DNA of 61,023 nucleotides, counting the filler, from Sphacelaria rigidula (taxonomy: Eukaryota): assembly GCA_964200075.2 (NCBI GenBank). It is 10 parts of 10 records of this genome, joined end to end, with 100 filler letters (N's around TTAATTAATTAA, not from the genome) between each part and the next. Parts side by side here need not be neighbours in the genome. Positions count along the whole stretch, not along the records: positions 12,227 to 18,239 come from CAXNAA020022800.1; positions 18,340 to 24,351 come from CAXNAA020022801.1; positions 24,452 to 30,463 come from CAXNAA020022802.1; 7 more parts are not named here. One strand, written 5' to 3'. Under the pieces are notes generated by a model. It saw only the letters and a program-made list of their open reading frames with translations, did not search any database and had not been told where the DNA came from. The position numbers were made by a program, and so were the translations under genes. Every line of letters starts with the position of its first letter. Position 1 is the first letter of the stretch. Positions 12,227-24,628 of this stretch are shown here, in pieces.

Positions 12227-14610
12227 GCTGTGTCTTGTGATTATTGTTCGTGTTTTGTTGGTGTGCTTGGTTGGGTTTAATATCGTAATATCGTCTCGAC
12301 GAAACCCACCATCATTGACATTGTTTTTTTTCGGACATCTCAGAACTTTTCGTCGCTCTGCGTTCAGACTTCTCTGGACACAAAGGGGTTCGATTTTTAG
12401 GAAATATACAAAAACGGGTACACCCTGATACTTTTGGAACAGAAAAGGGTAACGCATTTTACGCTTTGGGGCGCGGCGCTGCATGTGGGCTAAGCACCTC
12501 GAAAACACGTTCCAGCGCCTCAGCCCCACGCCCAAGGTGTCTGGGCAGCATACCCGTCTTTTTTGCTTTCAATTTTCACAAGTGTTGCTGGGCTGAACCA
12601 TGGCGCCAAAAATGAGAGCCTGTGAGAGTACACTTTTTTATGAGCAAAGCAGGAGGGTACACCCTGCCCTCTGCTAAAAAGTTATATTTTACCCTTATTT
12701 GTTTTACTGTTAACCCTTTTTTGTGACGTGGTGACCGTACCGCCGTCGCAGCACAAGATACGCCGAGCAGTCACGACCCCACGAGCATGAAGAGTGAACA
12801 TCTTGCCGACACATCAGCCCAAACGGCATCATGCAGCGAAAACATCAGACCGTTGCCGGATCTTCAATTTGCGGCTCGGGCACAGAGATGGACACCGACC
12901 GGATACCGGATTGGGGGAAGAACGTCCGAATCCAACGGCGTAGACTGTACAATCGGGTCTCTTCCTCTGATCGTTGCCGTTGCATGCCCGAGACCACCAC
13001 TCGCGGAATACTCAAAGCTGCATGTAAGACCGGCGCACCGCCCAATATATCCACATGCTCTTGAAAAAACGGCGTTGTGTGCTGTGATAAAACGGCTGTT
13101 CTGAAACCCAGATAGATGTGGCATCGTTTATCTGACCCCATGTGAGGGGCGTTTGTCTTGAAAGAGTCACACCTGTGAACTTGTGCCTATGGTACATTCA
13201 CTAGACTTGGTCCGGCATAACTGCATCTAGAATGCGCACAGCGTGAACCGGGTTCGAAGATACCAAATACATCAACGACGGTATTGTCGACGTTTGACTG
13301 TGTACACAACGCAGCACAGCGTGCGATCACTTTTTCCCCCCACCCGGCTTTATTATGTTCCACGTCTATGACCGCTCCATACTGTCTCATACCTCAGCGC
13401 CCGTGAATCTCCTTTTCTGTGGGGGTGGGCCAAGGTGAACAATTTGCTGTTTGGTGAATGATCGGCGCCGCCTTGCAGCATAGCACCATTTGCGGGGGGC
13501 ATCGTCATTGTTCCGCGGTGGCGTGGCGTATTGACCTTTGCTGCTGTGGATAGTCACTCAGGTCTCTGTACGTGTTGCTTGGGTTGTGGTCCATCGGTCG
13601 CGAGCGCTGGTCTGGAAGGGACATAAGTTCAACGGAAACGATCAGAGGAAGACACCCGATTGTACAGTCTACGCCGTTGGATTCGGACGTTCTTCCTCCC
13701 ATCCGGAATCCGGTCGGTGTCCATCTCTGTGCCCGAGCCGCGAATTGAAGATCCGGCGATGGTCTAATGTTTTCGCCGCATGATGCCGTTCGGGCTGGTG
13801 TGTCGGCAAGATGTTCACTCATCATGCTTGTGGGGTCCTTGTGAGCTCCGGTATACAAGCGACCTATATGCATCGTTGGATCTTCCGGGTCTTCGGGCCA
13901 ACCAGCGGGGGTGCTACACTCTTCTGGTCCTGGGGTCCCGGCCTTTTTTGGTGGGGGGTGATTTTACCGAAAATGGCTATGGTTGTGACTGCTCGGCGTA
14001 TCTTGTGCTGAGATGGCGGTACGGTCACCACGTCACAAAAAAGGGTCAACAGTAAAACAAATAAGGGTAAAATATAACTTTTTAGCAGAGGGCAGGGTGT
14101 ACCCTCCTGCTTTGCTCATAAAAAGTGTACTCTCACAGGCTCTCATTTTTGGCGCCATAGGTCAGCCCAGTAACACTTGTGAAAATGAAAAACAAAGAGG
14201 ACGGGTATGCTGCCCAGACACCTTGGACGTGGGGCTGAGGCGCTGATTTCGAGGTGTTTAGTCCGCGTGTAGCGGCGGGCCCCAAAGCCAAAAATGCGTT
14301 ACCCTTTTCTATTCCAGAAGTACCAGGGTGTACCCTTCTTCTATATTGCCCTTGACTTTTCTCCGAAGCTTCATTTTCGGAGAAATCCGAAAAATTCGGA
14401 CTGCAACGCAGCCCTCCGACGAGATGCCCTGTGTGTGCGCCGTGGTGCTCTCAAATGTTCGAGAGTCATCAGGTACCATGTCAGGCCCGAGAGTTTCGGA
14501 GATGTCTGGAAAAATGGTGTCAATAGTAATGAGCCTTATCACATGCATGTCACGTTTGAGTGTGACTTTTTCGGTCTCAATACGATATATTTCGTCCAGC
14601 CAAGACACGA
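12227..14610. mobile_element. Large foldback element with long inverted arms
   Basis: Arms ~12416-12980 and ~13595-14335 are close reverse complements; the right arm has ~150 extra bp at ~13830-13980. Weaker symmetry continues to the contig end and ~14610. Confidence 0.8.
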
Positions 14611-14911
14611 TCTCATCAATCCTGTTGTGTCCAGCTGGTCAACGCGGCAGAAACGATGAAAGATATGGGCGTATGGTACCGTATTACGTGCGTGCGTCAA
14701 GGTGTTTTAGATCATAGGCGTCTCACAGAGATGAACGACGAACTCGTTTGGTCCAACACGTTGAGAAATCGTGACGTGAGCTTGCGAAACGACGGTATTT
14801 GGCGAAAGATTCACCATCACCACCCCTACGGGAAAACGTTCTCACGACGGACTAAGTGAACAACATTTCACACGCACTTCCGTCGTAAACTAAAGTTCCT
14901 TCGACATCTTA

Positions 14912-15210
14912 CGACGTTTTCGTGAGATCGAGAGTAGAGCGCTGATTGAGAGTGGGCTTGATCATTTGCTTTAGCTTAGCCAATTTTTTATTTCGTGTGT
15001 GCTTTTCTTTGCCTCCATCACTGGCGTGTGCTTGCAGCTACACGTGGATATCCTACCACTCAGGAATATCAAGGGTCTCAGTGGCAAGCTCCTACAGAGT
15101 GCATATTGGGCCTAGTGGAGGGGTATTTCGGAACTGGAACGATTCATTCACGAATTGATCGCTTTTCACTCCCAATCGTATTCTCTACTCTCAATCCCAC
15201 GAAAACAATG
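14912..15210. mobile_element. MITE family C (~300 bp, ~40-bp TIR GTTTTCGTGAGATTGAGAGTAGA)
   Basis: Reverse-complement homologue of 33780-34079. Confidence 0.75.
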
Positions 15211-15384
15211 TTATATCTCGTGCCGAAAAAAGCTGTTCATATCGGTGTGCTTTTTAGCATATATGTTTTTGATCCCGATTAACTCGGGGAAGCTAAGTAT
15301 ACCTCACCTTTTTTCTTGGCGTCTCTCTCCTTATTTTCATTTTGATTATATTTCGGTTGATTATTTCTGTTTTTGTAATTAGTC

Positions 15385-15536
15385 TGAAGCCTTAAAAAAA
15401 TGACGAGGACTCTTATCATGTCTCGTAAGGAATAGCACGGACGGTATTAATTGGAAAGACGAACCTACGTCTGTGACCACGAGTTCGAGAGATCTGACTA
15501 ATGTGCGGAAAGAGTAGTAGTAGTAGTAGTAGTAGC

Positions 15537-15589
<53 letters not shown>

Positions 15590-15600
15590 CAGCAGCAGCA
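15385..15600 (+). mobile_element. LINE/SINE-like 3' end with a (TAG)n tail; second copy at ~50770-51090
   Basis: Shared AAAAAAATGACGAGGAC..TGGAAAGACGA.C.TACGTCTGTGACCACG..TTCGAGAGATC.GACTAATGTGC, followed in both copies by a simple-repeat tail. Confidence 0.6.
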
Positions 15601-16082
15601 AAAATAAATAAATAATAATCACTACAATAACAACAATACAAGCCCCACGCCTTCGCTACCCCGAACAAGTCGCGCTATAGCCCAATGCTTTTGAAGCATT
15701 TGAAGCATGCCTTTGAAGCATCGCTCAGGTGATGGCTAATAGTACAGTGTGATTTGCACGCAACGCCTGCTCTAAGTTTGCTCCTGTCCACATCTCCTTG
15801 TTTTTGTACTTTGACAGGGATACTGTACTCAGGGCCTGGACAGGGTCACGTTTTACCACCCTGTGTGGCTTCTCCACCTCGCTGAATCTTGCGCAGGGCC
15901 CCGAAACTCCGGTGTGGTGGTGTACAGAGCGCTCTATGCGCTCGAGTGCTGTAGAGTGGCCGATATTTTTGACTCAGCTTGACCACCACCACCGAGTCAA
16001 AACGGCGAAGTTCTCAGATATTGAATTGTACAAGTAGTTGCAGTGCGATTGGTTCGAAATTCACGTTGTGCCTTCCGCTTAC

Positions 16083-18116
16083 CTGTTGCATCTGGGCTAT
16101 GGAGAGATTGTTCAGGCCCGCGGCCATCGCCATCTGCACTCCAGGGACTTGCGGATTCCTCCCGAGTATACCAAGTGCTTGCTTGAAGACAAGTTCGGCT
16201 TCGGGCAGGTTGTTCTGCAGGAGGGAGAGCGCCACAATTATTAGTTTATTCCGGGAGCAGGGTCGGCATAATAATGGCAATCATCTTGCTAGCGCTGCTT
16301 CTTCCACAGTCTTCTAATGCTGGTATGGTAGCCAATACATTACACACACACGGCGTTGCGTGGATGCTCCGATCTCTTTTCCCATACATGACACTTCGAA
16401 AAGAGATTTGACAGTATTAATTTTGTGCGGGCTCTTGCATCACCGTAGTTTACTTGCTTCGAGAAATATTTCCCGTCGCTTGTACAGAAGCCACCTCATG
16501 CGCCATATCCTGTTGAGTAGGCCATTGACTGCCGCTTTACGTAGTGGAAAGTACCCGAGCTGGGCACGTGATCATTATTATGCTCGACGATGATACTGTA
16601 TCCCAATCTAGCCGTGCTAAAGCGGGTGAACGTAACCCGATCAACGACACTTCGAACAGCCGATCATCGAAATTGAGGATAGAGGTTTTCATTGATGAGA
16701 ACCCGGAGAATCAAAATCTTTGTATCCACATCAAATCTTCGAAATATGGTTCCATTCCTTCATCTACTGGTAGCTTTTGACAAGTACACGTCATACAAAT
16801 TTGGATTTCGATAACCGGAATGTTGGGGTCCTGGGTGAAAAACCGATTCCGGGGAATTTCAGCGATCCGATCGGATCACCTGAATTCCTCGAAATTTTTC
16901 CTTCGCCTAGGACCCCAACAGGTCGGTTATCAGAAATCGAATTTGCATGGCGTGTAGTTGTTGTTAATAGCTACCAGTAGGTGAAGGAATGGAACCCTAT
17001 TTCGAAGATTTGGTGTGGATACGAAGATTTTAATTTCCCGGGTGCTCATCCTCCATGAAAAGCTGCATCCTCAAAAGATCGGCTGTCTTAGACAGTGCTT
17101 TTTGCAAGTACCTGCTGTAATCATAGAGTGGATCCTTGCAGCACCAGCGGAAAGCTGTTAGCGAGAAATCATCTGCAGCAACATAGCGACAGTCCTGGCG
17201 TAAGCAATTGTATTTGTTTTTCTCGGTGCAAGTAGTAGAAAGTCGTCGCCCGCTGAGGGCTTCACGTGTGCCGGTCACATCCTTACCTGCATCATAAGGA
17301 ACTCCGCAACGTGAGTCGCGATGAGTGGGAGAGTATCCACAAAAGGGTGAACTGAATCGCATCTAGCGCGCATATCCAGGACTTTCCGGAAGTGCACGTG
17401 TGCTCTGGAGAGCTGGCCCTGAGGTCGCCGGGGACAAGGGTGTGATTAAATCAACGGGGCGTCAAGGGAAGGCTTCGCTTATAGCATTCGAATCGCGGTG
17501 CTAGATGATGACAAACCCGAGCGGCAGAGACACTCGCACAGGCCGCCTGCCCGAAAACTATCGATTGGGTATCTTGACACCACAGGACCTTAAAACAAAT
17601 GAGAATGATCAGATCACACATCGAACTCAGATTCGTATGGCAGCGACGGGGACACATGCACAGGAAAGCTTAGGTGTAGTAGGCTGTCAAGAGTTGAGTT
17701 CCACTCTATACCCTTCTAGAAATACGGAGGCGGAATGGTTATGTCTACATCACGTATCCTGAGGTGAGTTTATATCAACATGTCGCCAAAAACGTGTGGC
17801 TATCGTTATTTCGTTTCATGCTGCTGGCCAAGTTTCACGAAGTATATATACATTCAGGATCTCCATCCTACAGATACACCGAGAAATCGAGGTTGCCCCT
17901 ATAAATGGCGTTACAACCAAATATTCACACGAGCTTGCCGCATGAACTTTCCGCACCAGCCGTCTTCTGGTAGGAGCTCACCTTCTTGCGAAGAATCTCC
18001 CCGAGATTTTCATAAGGGACTGCCCAGTCGGCGTCTCCCTGCGCCATGTTCTCCGTGTGCTGATCAAGAATGCTAGTCGCCTCCGTGAGCAGCTGAATTG
18101 CTCGTCTTTCGTCTCC
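16083..18116 (-). CDS. Tetratricopeptide-repeat protein (kinesin-light-chain/NPHP3-like TPR), 2 internal exons
   Basis: Phase-0 exons 18116-17982 (GDERRAIQLLTEATSILDQHTENMAQGDADWAVPYENLGEILRKK, tag|..|gtgag) and 16214-16083 (NNLPEAELVFKQALGILGRNPQVPGVQMAMAAGLNNLSIAQMQQ, cag|..|gtaag). Each exon carries about one TPR unit with the NL(G/S)..EA..xAL.I pattern. Confidence 0.82.
16650..17095. mobile_element. Foldback palindrome (~440 bp) in a TPR intron; partial second copy at ~42860-43150
   Basis: ACAGCCGATC..TGAGGAT..AAATCTTCGAAATA..CTACTGGTAGC pairs with GCTACCAGTAG..TATTTCGAAGATTT..ATCCTCA..GATCGGCTGT; centre near 16870. Confidence 0.8.
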
Positions 18117-18339
18117 CTACAATATTCAGAAGGAAAATGGCGGCGGTAGCGTAGAACTGGAGGTCGGGTACGAGCTGGGCCAGCCTAGAGGCTGCATGAA
18201 CGTTTGCAGGCGGATGCGCCGACCAATATTTGGAATTAGNNNNNNNNNNNNNNNNNNNNNNNNNNNNNNNNNNNNNNNNNNNNTTAATTAATTAANNNNN
18301 NNNNNNNNNNNNNNNNNNNNNNNNNNNNNNNNNNNNNNN

Positions 18340-18475
18340 AGTAATAGTAATAGTAATAGTAATAGTAATAGTAATAGTAATAGTAATAGTAATAGTAATA
18401 GTAATAGTAATAGTAATAGTAATAGTAATAGTAATAGTAATAGTAATAGTAATAGTAATAGTAATAGTGATAGTG
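18340..18475. repeat. (AGTAAT)n hexamer microsatellite at a contig end
   Basis: About 21 perfect AGTAAT units. Confidence 0.95.
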
Positions 18476-18949
18476 ACACTTCCTCCATCCCGTAACTTAG
18501 CTTGGTCAAGCTTACACGGCTCTTACCCCTGTCTTATGTACAAGGCGATAGTTTGTATCGAAATTTTGGGCGTATTTTTATTCGTAAATCTTTTTCGTTT
18601 ACTGGTGTTTGCGCGCTATCCTACGTGGGCGCAGGCCCGGACAAAAAGCGACCGACCTCAAAATGGCGGTAACTCGATGTTTTCGCTGCCCCCCTCCTCT
18701 GCCCGATCTCCCCTCAGCCAAGGAAGAAGATGGAAATTCGAACAAAATACAGGCTGGTTCAAGGAAAAGACCCAAAAATCTTACTGTCAAAGTTCATTAT
18801 CAGTGATGATCGACGGGCATCAATGTCTATCGAAAGCTGTTGTAGGTAACAACAGATTCGGGACAAGGAACAGCATGTGTCATTCCCGTGACAATGGAGG
18901 GGCCAAGTTGTTTATTGATACATTTTATTTGTCGCAGTAGACTCCGAAT

Positions 18950-19165
18950 TGTGGCCATCAATGTCTATTGCTAATCACAAAAGGATCTGCCACGCGGCCA
19001 CCAATACATACTGTTGGCCACAAAAGGATATTAATTGCGCCCACCGATGTCTATCGAGGGTCACAATAGAATTGGAATCGCGACCACCAATGTCTACCGC
19101 TGGTCACAATGTAATCTGAATCGCGGCCACTAATATCTATTGCTGACCACTGAAGTAGCTGAATG
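18950..19165. repeat. Degenerate ~43-bp tandem array (5 units)
   Basis: Consensus approximately GCGGCCACCAATGTCTATTGCTGGTCACAAAAGGATCTGAATC. Confidence 0.75.
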
Positions 19166-19329
19166 GTGTCGATCACTAGCGCCATGTATGTACATATTTA
19201 GATGTATGTTTCCACCTTATTCCACAGAAGCTATGGCCAGCTTTCGCCTCAGGTCGTCGCGTGTTCATGTGTAAGGGGCATTGCCATGGTGTCATAAGAC
19301 CACTGAAGTGAGCAATCTATTTTTCAAAA

Positions 19330-19625
19330 CCTATCGTTGGCGTCACTGGCTATCGATAGGTGCTCCTGAGAACAATCGATTGTTGACGGCAATGGCCATA
19401 TTGATAGATACCAAAAAATGCACTATTGGCGACAGAGGCTACCGATAGACGGCTTACCAAATCTATTGATGACGGTATTAGGTATTGATGAATCGCTCAC
19501 CTCACCTATTAATGACGGCAATGAGCATCGATGGATGGCTCACCAAGCCTGTTGATAACGGCAATGGCTATCGATATATACATTCCAGAATCTATTACGG
19601 CACACGGTGTCCATCGATGGCGAGT
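19330..19625. repeat. Degenerate ~42-bp tandem array (~7 units)
   Basis: Consensus approximately CTATTGATGACGGCAATGGCTATCGATAGATGGCTCACCAAAT. Confidence 0.7.
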
Positions 19626-21214
19626 GATATGTATTCATTGTACTTGCCATAGGCTATCGATCGACTACTGCAACATCTATTGGTCCTTGCAATATCTATC
19701 AATACATGTGTTTCACCATCTATCGTGTTCGATAATATATATATATCGATAGATTTTCCCCCGTGTCTATTGCTGAAGCAATGGACTATTTTTGTGTCAA
19801 TTGTCCAGATTGTGGAATTGTACGTCAAGGCAAGAAAAACTGTATGAAAAACTCGAGATCCTCGACCGAAATTGTACATGTGTTCCTTGGACTATCTCGG
19901 GACGCATCATGTTATTCTTTTTTCTTTTGAGGCATTCTGTACCGCCTTACGGGGGTCTTTATACTGAGACCCCCGGAAGCCGGTAGAGAACGGAGAAACC
20001 TTGAAATCTCGCCACGAGTACAATTTTTCCATTTGGAGCATCAATACCTACGAAATTGCAAAGTTTGAGGATGATCCGCGCTTTTCTACAATAAATATAT
20101 GGGAAATCGTCACGAGGCTCCCTGGGTCTTTCGTACGTATCATCAGGGGAAATTAGACGACGCGAAAAATCCACTTGATCGAAACATTACGGTTTCGGGC
20201 ATAATTCGACCCCGTTGGAACCGTTTTCAAATATGTTCTCCCGTGAGATTCCCAAGCTGATGACGGTTACTACGATTTGAAGCATCTGGAGATTCAGTGG
20301 CAATTGAGCTTGGGAATCGTGTTTTCAATTTCGGAACAATTTGAAAGGCGCTGATTGGTCGAGACACATTTTTGTTTATAGCGTCACGGCTATAGCCTTG
20401 AACAAAAATGCGGCTATGTCACCCTCTTCGTTTGTTCATTGCGGTCAGTATGATACCATGTATGCGACTATTGGGTATGTATTGCGGAAGGCATTTGCTG
20501 TTGACAGATTTTCGGGTCTTTTGCGTCAACCAGCCTGTAGTAGAAAAAGAAACGTATCCGTGTTTTCAAGCTACCTTCTTGTATCGAAAGAAAGGACGCC
20601 TTCCCGGACGTCACAGAGCTGAACGACAACCTGTTCCGACGTTTTGCGACCGAAAATCTACCAAAATCATGAAAATACTGACCAAAATGGTCAAAATTGC
20701 CAACAGCTGGGCGATTTCGACCCAATACTTCTCAGCGAATTTGACTCGAGCTTTTTTTCTTATTTCCTATGAGCATCTCCATAACGTTATTTTTTCAATG
20801 AACGTACCTGGGGGGGGCATCGCGAGCACCTCCGGTGCGGAGCTTTGATATACACCCCTTAACCAAGCTAAATGATGCGACAGGGGAAGCAGAAATGGTA
20901 GAAGTTTTAGTAATCAAACAGTTGTTGAACAGTAACTCTTTCACTCTCGGAGTGACGAACGAGAAGCAAATGTCGTACTCGTACGAGCCCAACGAAGGTG
21001 ATACGGATTCTTGTTTTTTAAGCGCATAAATAGTCAGACAGTAGTCGCCTCTGAGAATACGCGCATTACGGTTAACCAGCCATAGCGTGACACATGAAGG
21101 ATTTGCATCAATCCGACGAGCCGGGATTTCGCCGACGAATGTCAATCGAGCCGACGGATATTTGTTATTTGAGTTTAAAGTTCTTCGATACATGAATGAA
21201 TACAGTTACCGTAC

Positions 21215-22218
21215 CTGCTTTGCCCCCAACCGGGATCTCGTGCTGGAAATCTTGAGGAAGCGGTCTTCGAGAGTGACGAAGCGTTTCTTCCATGTGTCTG
21301 ACAGCCATTTGCTTTGCTTCAGCAAGTGCCCCTGTGAAAGAAAAAGAGCAACCACGAAGCAAAAAGACGTGAATGGAATAGTGCAAGTGCTACAAAATAT
21401 CTACATATAATGGCACGTGGAAGATATACCATAGAAATAAATGATGGATTTTAATGTATCGATGGTGATGTGAAGGGATGTGGTGAGGCTGTGATCGTGA
21501 AATATGGAAAAGACGAGATGGAAATATACCAAGCCAAGGATGATGGAAAATAAAAAAAGGGCAAACGAGCAAACAACGGTCAACGGCGGAACAGCTCAGC
21601 AAGCCGTGCACACCGTAGACGGTTCACAGAAAAGAACGCACATTTCATTCCACGTATATTTTGGGTATGTTCATCTTGTGAACACGGCGGGATCCTTCGG
21701 AGATCAGGCCATGTGCGAAAATCAATACACACATGCATGTACATGTGTGTATATCCGAAACGCCATCGTCTTTACCCGTCGTATGACCACGGCTGGCTTC
21801 ATAGCAGATCAGCCAATCAGAACAGTCGATCAAATAAACATAACCGCAAGAGTAATTTTAGCGGGGAACAAACGGAGTTCATACAAATGCTGAGGGAAGT
21901 TATGACCTACACTATCGTGAAACATTTGGAAGGGATAAATAGAAGAAAAAAAATAAAAGGAGAAGTAAGTAGCATGAGTAGTAGTAGTAGAAGAAGTAGT
22001 AGTAGTACGAGGGCAGGTCGAGTAGAGTATACTAAATTGCGGGGTATTTCAAAAGTCGTACTCAAAGTACAAAAATTGGGAGTAGGGTTTCAGGGATAGC
22101 TTTCAAGGTATTTTTGGGTACGACTCCTGACACTCTACCCTGATTGGAGTACCTCAAGTACGTCTTTCAAAATACCCCGCGATTGAGTACACTCTACTAG
22201 ACCTGCGCTTGTAGTAAT

Positions 22219-22263
<45 letters not shown>

Positions 22264-22515
22264 AAGAAGAGTTTAATAATATACTGAAAAAAGAAGGAGT
22301 AGAAAAGAAGAAAAAGAAGAAGAATCATGCATCAATGATCATATGATGATACAGCACACACCTGCATGACACCACCGTCCATAGCCTCCTTGAACATCTC
22401 TTGGAACGACCATCGGCAGCGCCCTTCTCCGTCCGGTTGTTCCACGCTGGCTGCATTGCTACCGAAGAAGTCATGTCCCCTGACCGATGTGTTCTTCTTG
22501 TTGACGGGCGAAACG
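21215..22515 (-). CDS. PH-domain-containing protein, internal exons
   Basis: Exon 22515-22362 (..SFQEMFKEAMDGGVMQ|gtgtgt) splices in phase to exon 21331-21215 (GHLLKQSKWLSDTWKKRFVTLEDRFLKISSTRSRLGAKQ|gtacgg). This gives the PH beta1-beta3 signature GxLxK..WKKRFVxL. A 36-nt phase-compatible candidate exon at 22937-22902 (aag|..|gtaag) may precede them. Confidence 0.78.
22008..22211. mobile_element. Tc1/mariner-type MITE inserted in a (TAG)n tract
   Basis: TA|CGAGGGCAGGTCGAGTAGAGT..ACTCTACTAGACCTGCGCTTG|TA; palindromic body and TA TSD. Confidence 0.75.
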
Positions 22516-23729
22516 CTGTCGTACAGCAGACATAAAAGAGGTACACACATACATATATGGCGATCGATTTACTCAACATATGCCCACAACCTTTCCGAAC
22601 GAGTACACGTGGAAGGCACCTTCGAGATTATTGAAGTTGAACGAAGGAGGACAAACTGCTCTCGGAATTATCACGCACCGAAAAAACAATCGAAGGCATT
22701 GTGAACACGCCTCCACCCACTACGCTCTCTCATCACGGGTCGGGTCTCACGGAGATATCTCGGGAAATACATTAACGCGTTCTTTTTCTATTGTTATTTT
22801 ATTGTCTGCGAGCTTGAAAGGAGAGATACACAATCAAGCATGAGTGCAACACACGAAACAACATAGCGCCACAGGTCAGGGACGAGGCAGCACGGGCTTA
22901 CCTGACCGACCGCGAAAATTCCGAAACATAGTTGACCCTTTTGGAACGCACAATGGAAAATTGATCGTTTGCAATTGTCGGTTTTTGAGCAATGTATGGT
23001 TGATGGTTTACAGCTCAGACGAAAGAACATTCACCAAATGCGTATTGTTCAGACCCGTGCGAGTGACAAGTGGAACAAAAAAAGGTTTCCTATTCACCGA
23101 TGTGCCGTATCAGACCCTGGAACCCATTGCTGGTTTTTCAATGGAATGTTTCATAGTGTTTTTGCTGATTATTTTCGATGGATACAAATGGACACACTTC
23201 ATCCGTTGCGTGGTATGATTGGATAGAACTCACCCGACCTCTCCAGGGAGGACATTTTTCCTGCACCCGCCGCGTGTGCTACTGGATTTTTCTTCGGTCT
23301 TCCATTATAAAATGATTGCCATCGGCCTTTTCTGCTTCCATCTTTCCCTCTTTGTCAGGGCTTCTCATAATAAGGCGTTTGGCCCGGGGACAGGAGAGGA
23401 GGGTTCCAAAAGGGTTAACGACCGGCCGAACCGACGATGCTTACAATGGTAGCTTGGGACAACGTATATGCCACGCCCCAACGTTCTTGCGGTAGGTTAT
23501 TTTGTATACGTTTCTTTTCGTACCTTGCTACCGGCATTGCATTAGTTCAACATTGTGTCTGAGGCTGAATACACGGAAAGATAAACAGGAGGGGTGCAGG
23601 TTCGGGACCCTCTTGGCGAAAGTATACTGTGTACATGCAGTATCGTGACAAGAACGCCCCCCTCTCGCTACCCCCCCCCCCCGTTTGGTGCATTTTACAG
23701 TGGCGAAATAACGGTCACTATACTAGGAG

Positions 23730-24351
23730 ATATATGGTGGCCACAGACGGCGGAAGGGGAAGGGGATACGATATGTAAGAGGGTTTTGTGTAATGTATGG
23801 AAGGAACATAACGAGCAACCAGAGGTTGGAGGTGTCTTTAATCGGAGTAGAAACGGGGCCCCGTCTCGAAAGGGATCCGTGATCAATAATCAAGTTGCTA
23901 AGGCAAGCAAACAAATGAGCACCACCCCCTCCCCTGGCCCGCTTTCAAAGAGAAGAGCAGGTATAGTTGCGGGCAAGACTCCTATCTCTTGATATTCAGT
24001 TGGGTCAACGTTTATCGCGCGCAAGCTGTTGTTCAAGGTGGGCTAAAACTCTAAGTAATTTCATGATAGTGCTACTACGATTTTCCATACTTTTATAGCC
24101 GTGTCGTGCTGTCAAATTCTTCGTGATATACTGCATGCAACATCGGTCCTCCCCCACCCCCCCCCGCCAGATGGCGAGACAGAAAGAGGATGAGATATGT
24201 TAAGGTTTTTTGTGTCATGCATGGAAAAAACCTACTAAGCGCTTGTATATTGGAGACGTCTCTATCAGGAATAAGAACGGTGCTCCATCTCGAAAGGGGC
24301 GCGTGATCAACGGTCAAATGGCCAAGGCAAGCAAAAAAAGAGTACCCCCCC
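23730..24351 (+). mobile_element. Two direct copies (~23730-23935 and ~24160-24351) of a related retroposon 3'-end family R2; a third copy is reversed at ~34727-34850
   Basis: Shared AACGG.GC.CC.TCTCGAAAGGG..CGTGATCAA...TCAA.T.GC.AAGGCAAGCAAA..GAG.ACC followed by a C-run. The 34727 copy shares GACCATTGACC.CGCATCCC with R1. Confidence 0.65.
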
Positions 24352-24628
24352 NNNNNNNNNNNNNNNNNNNNNNNNNNNNNNNNNNNNNNNNNNNNTTAAT
24401 TAATTAANNNNNNNNNNNNNNNNNNNNNNNNNNNNNNNNNNNNNNNNNNNNATGTTTGGGTTCAGGCTGCATGAAGCGCCTCATATTGGAGACATTGGCT
24501 GGAAAGAACCCAAGCGTGGGAACTCCCAGCTTCTCGTTGTGCTCGGCTTTTCTCATTTCGATTTACGTGAAGATTTTGCGCCCCAAAACCATGCACGTTT
24601 TGGGGGGGGGGCTATCGTAGAAAGTGTC

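Noticed and set aside
15818..15911. Possible plus-strand exon after a strong polypyrimidine tract
   Set aside because: No frame gives a recognisable protein and there are no partner exons.
18340..18475. Telomeric repeat, or the poly-Leu ORF 18288-18509
   Set aside because: AGTAAT lacks a G-rich telomere strand, and the ORF is simply the translated microsatellite. The same applies to 15416-15622 and the His-rich ORF 2984-3382.
20790..20862. Kolobok/piggyBac-type end (..CACCCC|TTAA)
   Set aside because: No matching opposite terminus was found in the contig.
20795..21193. 132-aa ORF as the continuation of the PH domain
   Set aside because: It is in the same frame and has a suggestive CFSFVTPR, but has no convincing acceptor and lacks the conserved PH C-terminal Trp helix.
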